From positions 1 to 25,250 of IMG/VR virus record IMGVR_UViG_3300044540_000029: a stretch of DNA of 25,250 nt; one strand, written 5' to 3'. The notes under the pieces are model-generated. The model saw nothing but the letters and a program-made list of their open reading frames with translations, ran no database searches and was not told the DNA's origin. Origin of the DNA: a virus (taxonomy: Duplodnaviria; Caudoviricetes). Made by a program: the position numbers and the translations under genes. Positions 17,901-25,250 of this stretch are shown piece by piece. Position 1 is the first letter of the stretch, and every line of letters begins with the position of its first letter.

Positions 17901-20584
17901 TGGGAGATAAGTTTAGAGTCTTCCCAGCCAATACAAATAAGAGCAACACTTTTGCAAGTTCTGCTTTTAATGCGTCAACTAACGTTATTACAATTTCAAA
18001 CCATGGTTATTTGACTGGTGACGTTGTTACATACACAGCAGGAGCGGGTGGTGTTGCACCAACTGGTCTTGTTACAACCTATAACTACTATGTTCGTCGT
18101 ATTGATTCATCAACCCTTACATTGCACAACACACTAACTGATGCAAATAACAACACAAACCAGGTTGACTTTACTAACCAAGGAACTGGTAGTGCTCATA
18201 ATCTAATTAACGTAGTTCCAAGAACTCCAATTATTAGAACAATTACTGCTATTGGTTCTGACACTCAGATTACAATTGATAGACCATATAGTGAGGCATA
18301 TTCAGGTGTTGCGTATTCATACCCAACCTTTATCTATGTTCGTCCTGAAGGATACTCTCTACACCGTCCATTCGATGGTGGTGTTGAAATGTCAACAGGT
18401 GTCGGAACATCCTTCTCTCAGATTGTTCGTCAGACTCGTAAGTACTTCCGTTACCAGTCAGGTAAGGGTATTCAGGTATCCTTTGCTATTAACTTCAAGC
18501 CATCAATTGACCTTGAGACACTTACAAAGATTAGTGCAACAACTATTCAAGGTAAGACTCGTCGTCCACATGGTTTGTTAAATGGTCTAACAGTTGCGAT
18601 TAAGGATGCTCTAAAGCCAGATGGAACACAGAGCACTGTTTATAACGGACTTTTCCAAATTTCTGTTCTAGACCCGTACAATTTCACCTTTATCTCTCCT
18701 GCAGCAATTCCTGCGGGTCAAGAAAAAGCATACGGATTCCCACATCTTTATGTAAATGCTTGGCAAAACGGTGCGGTTCGTTCAGGTATGTTTGACTTCC
18801 AGAACGGTATGTTCTTTGAGTTTGATGGTCAAAAGATTTACGCAGTACGTCGTTCTTCTACCCAGCAAATTGCTGGAACTGCTGCAGCACAGCAAGGTTC
18901 TGAGTTAGTCTTTGGAACTGGCACATCATTCACATCTCAACTTTCTGTAGGTGAGTACATTGTTATGCGTGGTCAAACCTACAAGGTTGCTGCAGTTACA
19001 AGTGATACTCAAATTACAATTAAGCCTGAGTACAAGGGTGCTTCAGGTTCTCTCAAAGAGTTTAACCCTCAAACAGTTGTAAATGCTTCAACAGACACAT
19101 TTACAATTCTAGGTCACGGCTTTGTTGAGAACCTAGCGGTCTCTTATGACTCAATTGATGGAGTTCCAATTGGAGGTCTTATCAATGGACGTACCTACTA
19201 TGTAAAAGTTGTAGATAACAACAACTTTAAGTTAATGGGTACACCAAACTCTGTATCTACAGTAGCAATTGCTGACACAGGTAGCGGAACTCTGCACTCA
19301 TTCCAGCCTTCAAAGGCAGGTATCATCATTACTAAGACCATTGATACACGAGTCCCACAAGACCAATGGAATATCGACGTTTGCGATGGAACAGGTCCTA
19401 CAGGATACGTTCTTGACCTATCTAGAATTCAAATGGCTTACATTGACTACTCTTGGTACGGTGCTGGAAAGATTCGTTTTGGATTTAAGACAAAGGATGG
19501 ACAAGTACGTTATGTCCACGAGTTTAAGCACAACAACGAGTTGTATGAGTCATACCTACGTTCAGGTAACTTGCCTGCCCGTTATGAAGTAACCACTCTC
19601 TCTAACCCAACTTATATCCCTTACCTATTCCACTGGGGTACTTCGGTTATCATGGATGGTCGCTTTGATGATGACAAGGCATACCTCTTTACAGGAACTA
19701 GCCAGACACTACAGATTCTTGGTACTACAGCCAAGTCCTTTGGTTCAAAGGCTATCAACACAACAACTAACCGAATTAACATCCCAACACACGGTTTCTC
19801 TAGCGGAGATGCTGTAACGTTCCAGGGCTTTACATCAGCAGGTATTGCTGGTGTTGTAAATCAGAACCCAGGAACTGTTAATAACGTAGCACACCCATTC
19901 AGTAACCTACAGAATCAACGGACATACTATATCTGCCGTCAAGATGCTGACAATATAACCTTCCACAATACTCAGGCAGATGCAATTGCAACTTCTGGTA
20001 CTTCACCAAATATTGTGCTAGGTACAAACCCTATTGATATTACTACTACAGGTAATACTCAGTACACATTCTTTATCTATCCACTAGGTGCTGCAAATAA
20101 CACCTCTGGTGTTAACTACCAGCCACTTCTATCAATTCGCCTTTCTCCTTCAGTATCTGAAGGTTTGACAGGTAAGTTGGGTGACCGTGACGTTATCAAC
20201 CGTATGCAGTTGACTATGAGTGAAATCGGTATCCAAACAACTCAGTTGGTAGACGTGAAGTTGCTACTCAATGGACGTTTGAACAACTTGAACTTCCAAG
20301 GAGTGCCACAGCCTTCTCTAACTCAGACAATTCAACATACATCAAACGACACTATCTCTGGTGGTGTTCAGGTGTATAACTTCCGTGCACAAGGTGGTTC
20401 TTCAGGTGCTGAAGCATCAACCACTGTTGACATTAGTGAGTTGTTTGAACTTTCAAACTCTATTCTAGGAGGAGACTCTGTGTATCCAGATGGTCCAGAC
20501 ATTCTAACGATTGCTGTGGCTCGTCTAACAGGTAACACTACTCTGACTTCTGCTAAATTATCATGGCGAGAAGCACAAGCCTAA
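14990..20584 (+). CDS. Giant virion structural/fibre protein B (about ten ~75-80 aa HG repeats, glycine-rich domain, conserved C-terminal core)
   Basis: 1864 aa. Repeats of I...HG..TG..V.Y......I.GL.....YYV.......KL......ID.T..G...H. Glycine-rich domain (QDWTVPTSGTY...GGGGS). Core motifs RQTRKYFRYQSGKG, WNIDVCDGTGPTG, YSWYGAGKIRFG and NLPARYE. Confidence 0.82.
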   Translation: MPINITASGLTGTHSFTPTNINTADYYLYYPTDTSGQPTIPAALRDGSAFIYNTGLGTINGLTDGNLYYIKRVGTAQVFFSNTAGGTDVTLTTPSAGTAFFNAPYVYQNKLSIEATLSDNQAVRYVTDGTAIGGLTKNNVYFIKTSNTGFGTANALYSFSSFTFTTAGTTGNVGPSISTIKAHSSYSGAAWRTDYLQAGNFQGYQDWTVPTSGTYTFNVRGASGLNGSGSGSAGRGAIVQGRVFLQKGEVITIVVGQRGTAARSGSTYGGSGGGSWVVRKSGNVPLFVAGGGSADADTTNGLDGVLSTGGGSSSAGADGGSNGNGALATGGNSGGGGGFSTDGSNAATGIKGGGSFATGLTTSGGGTVGGLGGFGGGASADGDTTGQSGGGGGYSGGAGARSNAARVAGGGGGSFIVTTATNVATSNGSFNGSTSWGTETITNLNSWNADADGQVTVTLVAAAAATITLHPTAVDANDGTNTITLTPGGSKYHALVPLQVDLTSNTFYSPSLHGLSNGEAVKFVTNGTTPGGITANTSTYYVNKIDNYSYKLSTTPSPGFTDVDVTSPGFGTIERFDKIIVNTATNTITINNHGFLANQPVKYAVNGGTAIAPLVDGATYYVKTVVDANRIILSQSLNGPDLDLTSAGTGTGHSFIFVTVNVEEDSLYIPQHDLSTGQRVVYSSGAGTAIGGLTNGSSYFVFRVDANIIKLSTVKTGAAIVNLTGLGTGTHTLTVNSVDLTTETITIPNHGFTTGELVSYDTAGQAPLTGLVSGSPYYVIAPNGDEIKLATTYDNAINGTAINLTGVGVGKHRLYSLIRTPDGIYTVDSVPSTTTFSVKANGLVPLIVKEFVPRSTVDTQQNVFKILGHGFITGTKVTYSSGGGSSIGGLSSGTDYYVINVNKDYIKLASSADNAISGTPVIISDFGSGNGHHFTSAQINGQIVGAGTVTTEAGSVLVAGSGTAFAKILKVGDKFRVFPANTNKSNTFASSAFNASTNVITISNHGYLTGDVVTYTAGAGGVAPTGLVTTYNYYVRRIDSSTLTLHNTLTDANNNTNQVDFTNQGTGSAHNLINVVPRTPIIRTITAIGSDTQITIDRPYSEAYSGVAYSYPTFIYVRPEGYSLHRPFDGGVEMSTGVGTSFSQIVRQTRKYFRYQSGKGIQVSFAINFKPSIDLETLTKISATTIQGKTRRPHGLLNGLTVAIKDALKPDGTQSTVYNGLFQISVLDPYNFTFISPAAIPAGQEKAYGFPHLYVNAWQNGAVRSGMFDFQNGMFFEFDGQKIYAVRRSSTQQIAGTAAAQQGSELVFGTGTSFTSQLSVGEYIVMRGQTYKVAAVTSDTQITIKPEYKGASGSLKEFNPQTVVNASTDTFTILGHGFVENLAVSYDSIDGVPIGGLINGRTYYVKVVDNNNFKLMGTPNSVSTVAIADTGSGTLHSFQPSKAGIIITKTIDTRVPQDQWNIDVCDGTGPTGYVLDLSRIQMAYIDYSWYGAGKIRFGFKTKDGQVRYVHEFKHNNELYESYLRSGNLPARYEVTTLSNPTYIPYLFHWGTSVIMDGRFDDDKAYLFTGTSQTLQILGTTAKSFGSKAINTTTNRINIPTHGFSSGDAVTFQGFTSAGIAGVVNQNPGTVNNVAHPFSNLQNQRTYYICRQDADNITFHNTQADAIATSGTSPNIVLGTNPIDITTTGNTQYTFFIYPLGAANNTSGVNYQPLLSIRLSPSVSEGLTGKLGDRDVINRMQLTMSEIGIQTTQLVDVKLLLNGRLNNLNFQGVPQPSLTQTIQHTSNDTISGGVQVYNFRAQGGSSGAEASTTVDISELFELSNSILGGDSVYPDGPDILTIAVARLTGNTTLTSAKLSWREAQA

Positions 20585-20596
20585 AAAGGAGCACAA

Positions 20597-21133
20597 ATGG
20601 CAATTATCAGGCTGGGGGTTGCTAACCCTTCTGCAAACGTGGCGACTATTGCGTCAACAGTGGCTAACTCCCACCTTGTTTCCGTAATTATTGCTAACAA
20701 GTCTCTTAATGCTTCTCCCGTGATGAAAGCAAATGTTTGGGTTGTGCCACAAGGTGCTAGTACAACTTCTCAGTATGCTTACGTTTGTTCTAACTTAATT
20801 GTTGGACCAGGACAGTCTTTTGAAACATTTCGGTTTGCATTAAACGCAAATGACGCTTTGTATGTCTCAGCAACAACTGACGACGCATCATTTTCTGTCT
20901 ATGGTTTGCTACAATCGGAAGATGTAGGACCAGGGGATGCTTACCAAACATTCAGAAATAAAACAATTCGCGGTAACGCAAATGTTCTTTATGTAGATAA
21001 GGGTACAACTGCTCAACGCGATAACACTACAGAAGTTGGTTATATTCGGTTTAACACAGATTTAAATAATAATGAAGGAGCACTAGAAGTGAAGACAACA
21101 AGCGGTTGGAAAACAGTTAGGTGGGTTGATTAA
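20597..21133 (+). CDS. Virion structural protein (beta-sandwich plus small fibre module)
   Basis: AAGGAG RBS. N-terminal ~105 aa paralogous to the next gene. C-terminal KGTTAQR....GYIRFNT.....LEV....W module of the type common in phage fibre proteins. Confidence 0.75.
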   Translation: MAIIRLGVANPSANVATIASTVANSHLVSVIIANKSLNASPVMKANVWVVPQGASTTSQYAYVCSNLIVGPGQSFETFRFALNANDALYVSATTDDASFSVYGLLQSEDVGPGDAYQTFRNKTIRGNANVLYVDKGTTAQRDNTTEVGYIRFNTDLNNNEGALEVKTTSGWKTVRWVD

Positions 21134-21136
21134 GAA

Positions 21137-22573
<1,437 letters not shown>

Positions 22574-22594
22574 GTAACTACAACTGGAGCATAA

Positions 22595-23173
22595 ATGACG
22601 GACTACCCAAATTGGTTTAAAGCAGGCGGAGCCGAAGCAAACTTTGAAAAGTTTCTTTCCCCTTATAAAGGCATGCCTTTAACTTGTTTACAGGTTGGTG
22701 CTTACACAGGAGATGCTACTGAGTGGTTATTTAATAACGTATTAACCCATGAAGAGTCAAACCTTACTGACGTAGATACCTGGGAAGGCTCTGAAGAGCC
22801 AGACCATGCTGAGATGAATTGGCATAGCGTTGAAGAAACCTATGATTTAAGAACTCTGTGGTATCAAAACGAGGACCGTCTTTATAAGCGCAAAATGACT
22901 AGCGATGAGTTCTTTAAGAAGAACATATCTTCTTTTGATTTTATCTACATTGACGGAGACCACAAAGCATTGTCAGTGCTCAAAGATAGTATGAACGCAC
23001 TCCTATGTTTAAAACCTAAAGGTATTTTGGCGTTTGACGACTATATGTGGTCTTTAGGAAAAGAACCATTCTATGACCCTAAACCAGCAATTGATGCAAT
23101 TCTTTCTTGTATACCTTCTCATGAGTTTACGTTGTTAGAGAAAGGACTCCAAGTATGGATACAAAAAAATTAA
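22595..23173 (+). CDS. Class I SAM-dependent methyltransferase (Methyltransf_24-like)
   Basis: Motif I LQVGAYTGDA, then DVDTW, FDFIYIDGDH and LKPKGILAFDDY. GGAG RBS. Confidence 0.88.
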   Translation: MTDYPNWFKAGGAEANFEKFLSPYKGMPLTCLQVGAYTGDATEWLFNNVLTHEESNLTDVDTWEGSEEPDHAEMNWHSVEETYDLRTLWYQNEDRLYKRKMTSDEFFKKNISSFDFIYIDGDHKALSVLKDSMNALLCLKPKGILAFDDYMWSLGKEPFYDPKPAIDAILSCIPSHEFTLLEKGLQVWIQKN

Positions 23174-24216
23174 AAGTTGCCGTTTATGCAATTGCATTAA
23201 ATGAAGAGCAGTTTGTAGAGCGTTGGTATAACGCTGCTAAAGAAGCAGACTTTTTACTTATTGCAGATACTGGTTCAACAGATAAGACTATTGAAAAAGC
23301 CAGAGCACTAGGAATTAACGTTGTTGAGATTGCTATTGTTCCTTGGAGATTTGACGATGCACGAAATGCAGCAGTTGCTGCAATCCCTCGCGACATGGAT
23401 TACTGCATTGCACTAGATATGGATGAAGTTTTTGTGGCGGGATGGCGTGAAGAGTTAGAGAAAGTTCCTGAAGGAATTACTCGTCCTCGTTATAAGTACA
23501 CTTGGTCATGGAACGCTGATGGGTCAGAGGGTTTAACTTACAGTGGAGATAAGATTCATTCACGTAAAGGTTATAGATGGACACATCCTGTTCACGAAGT
23601 GATGAGAAATTATGGGATGGAAGAAACTCAAGCGTGGACTGGTTTACAGATTCATCATTTCCCAGATAACACTAAATCAAGAAGTCAATACTTCCCATTA
23701 TTAGAAATGGCTGTTGCTGAAAGCCCTAATGATGACAGGAACGCTCACTACTTAGGTAGAGAGTATTACTTCAATGGAATGTGCGATAAAGCAAAAGCAG
23801 AGTTACAACGACATCTTGCGTTACCTACAGCAACATGGAAACCAGAACGTGCTGCTTCAATGCGATACATTGCTCGGTGTTCTGAAGGTGCAGAAAAAGA
23901 ATCATGGTTATTAAAAGCGCATCAAGAATACCCTGAATCTAGAGAAGCATTAGTAGAGTTATCTGAGTATTACTATGGAATCAGTGATTGGCACTCTTGC
24001 CTTCGCATGGCAAAAAAAGCCTTGGATATAAAAGAACGCCCTCTTGAATATCTAACAGACCCTAAAGCATGGGGATACACACCATACGATATGGCAGCAA
24101 TTTCCTCGTATCACTTAGGTTTTAAAGAGGATGCCCTGACATTTGGACAAGAAGCACTTAACATAGAGCCTAATGACGAACGTCTAAAGCGTAATTTAGA
24201 GTTCTATTCTGCTTAG
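23155..24216 (+). CDS. GT2-family glycosyltransferase with C-terminal TPR-like repeats
   Basis: YAIALNEE, IADTGSTDKT, FDDARN, DxD motif LDMDE and VHE, followed by TPR-like helices (PNDDRNAHYLGREYY, PESREALVELSEYYY, ALNIEPND). 19-nt overlap with the methyltransferase. Confidence 0.9.
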   Translation: MDTKKLKVAVYAIALNEEQFVERWYNAAKEADFLLIADTGSTDKTIEKARALGINVVEIAIVPWRFDDARNAAVAAIPRDMDYCIALDMDEVFVAGWREELEKVPEGITRPRYKYTWSWNADGSEGLTYSGDKIHSRKGYRWTHPVHEVMRNYGMEETQAWTGLQIHHFPDNTKSRSQYFPLLEMAVAESPNDDRNAHYLGREYYFNGMCDKAKAELQRHLALPTATWKPERAASMRYIARCSEGAEKESWLLKAHQEYPESREALVELSEYYYGISDWHSCLRMAKKALDIKERPLEYLTDPKAWGYTPYDMAAISSYHLGFKEDALTFGQEALNIEPNDERLKRNLEFYSA

Positions 24217-24224
24217 GAGAGTTC

Positions 24225-24851
24225 ATGCGGGGAAGTAGATTACAGGGTCGTTTTGACCTTGAGTATGAACAAAAGCGGATGTATGAGAGCATCAAAGAAG
24301 ATTTACAACATCCTGTTGGTGTTGAAGTTGACTGGTTCCGTTGGAATGACCAATGGTACGAAGAAAACGTAGACACTGTAAGAGACCCTCTTTATGATGT
24401 CTCAAACTCAGGTTATGTGGGAACAGGTAATGTCGGAGGTCGACGTTGGATTCCTCCCTTCAGTCTTCCTGCTATTACTGCTCAAATTATTCGTGGTAGC
24501 AACGATATGAATGAACGCGGTTTCTACGTTATCGATACTTTACGTTTAGTTCTAAACGTTGGAGATGTTGAAAAACTTTTGCCTGGAATGTTGACAGACC
24601 CATCATCGCATTTGAAAGACCGCGTTGTTTATCGCGGTAATGTGTTTACTCCTTCTAGAATTAACCCTAGAGGACATTTTGGATATAACTGGGCTGTTGT
24701 AACTATTGACTTAACTGAAGTTAACTCAGAAGAGTTGGTAAATGACCCTCAATTCCAGTATTTGGCACTAAAAGGTCAGCGAGAAATGATACCTTACGAA
24801 GAGTTGTATTACGGATTTAATGGATATGGAGAAGGAAAATATGGTTACTAG
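24225..24851 (+). CDS. Hypothetical virion protein, possibly head-closure/neck type
   Basis: AGGAG RBS, 208 aa. The beta-rich DPLYD ... KDRVVYRGNVF pattern is reminiscent of head-closure proteins. C-terminal YYGFNGYGEGKYGY tail. Confidence 0.6.
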   Translation: MRGSRLQGRFDLEYEQKRMYESIKEDLQHPVGVEVDWFRWNDQWYEENVDTVRDPLYDVSNSGYVGTGNVGGRRWIPPFSLPAITAQIIRGSNDMNERGFYVIDTLRLVLNVGDVEKLLPGMLTDPSSHLKDRVVYRGNVFTPSRINPRGHFGYNWAVVTIDLTEVNSEELVNDPQFQYLALKGQREMIPYEELYYGFNGYGEGKYGY

Positions 24852-24993
24852 CGAAGAGCGTGCAGTTTTAGAAGCACAAAAAGCCGTTTTAGAAAACGAT
24901 ATTGCTGAGTCTCAATCTTGGCGAGGTGCTCGTGAACTAAGTTCTATGAGTGATGCACTTGCAAAACTCACTGCTAAATTAGAAGAAGAGTAA
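24841..24993 (+). CDS. 50-aa coiled-coil protein (not in the supplied track)
   Basis: ATG 24841 after GAAGGA. Reads MVTSEERAVLEAQKAVLENDIAESQSWRGARELSSMSDALAKLTAKLEEE*, exactly filling the gap between neighbours. Confidence 0.7.
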   Translation: MVTSEERAVLEAQKAVLENDIAESQSWRGARELSSMSDALAKLTAKLEEE

Positions 24994-24996
24994 ACC

Positions 24997-25250
24997 TTGC
25001 CTCTTAATCTTCCGCAGCGTGGAGATAACAACTGGGATACTCCACTTAATGCTGCTTTAATTGACTTAGACACTAGAGTAACTACCCATACTCATGCAGG
25101 TGTAACTGGTCCTACTGGTCCTGCTGGTGCTACTGGACCAACTGGTCCTTCTGGTGGACCTACTGGTCCAACTGGTGCTGCTGGTGTAACTGGTCCTACT
25201 GGTCCTGCTGGTGCTACTGGACCAACTGGTCCTTCTGGTGGACCTACTGG
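24997..25250 (+). CDS. Collagen-like fibre protein 3 (3'-truncated by window)
   Basis: Probable TTG start 3 nt after the previous stop. Reads [57 protein letters not shown]... and stays open to the window end. Confidence 0.8.
   Translation, partial: MPLNLPQRGDNNWDTPLNAALIDLDTRVTTHTHAGVTGPTGPAGATGPTGPSGGPTGPTGAAGVTGPTGPAGATGPTGPSGGPT
25099..25250 (+). repeat. 84-bp-period tandem repeat in collagen gene 3
   Basis: 25099-25166 is identical to 25183-25250 (68 nt visible before the window end). Confidence 0.85.

Overview
The window is a gene-dense, all-plus-strand virion morphogenesis region of a large tailed dsDNA phage, roughly 40-45% GC by eye. An actinobacterial or other Gram-positive host is inferred from a PASTA-domain gene and from a gene order I recall from large actinophages. 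Order: small genes (Zn-finger, PASTA, KTSC), terminase large subunit, two small genes, portal, scaffold, N4-gp56-type major capsid protein, a probable head-tail adaptor, then a long fibre/appendage block. That block holds three Gly-Pro-Thr collagen-like proteins (the last truncated by the window end), two giant repeat/glycine-rich proteins, a SAM methyltransferase and a GT2+TPR glycosyltransferase. Four observations stand out. (1) The 900-aa and 1864-aa proteins look like two halves of one nested-domain protein, split inside a repeat, so they would have to re-assemble by strand/domain complementation. (2) A BclA-like glyco-collagen module (GPT collagens + GT2-TPR + methyltransferase) suggests phage-encoded glycosylation of virion fibres. 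(3) One collagen fibre ends in a cupredoxin-like domain with intact H..CxxHxxM ligands, while its paralogue has all four swapped to O-donor residues. (4) Three intergenic hairpins expose anti-Shine-Dalgarno, 16S-tail-like loops. All product calls come from motif recognition by eye; no searches were run.
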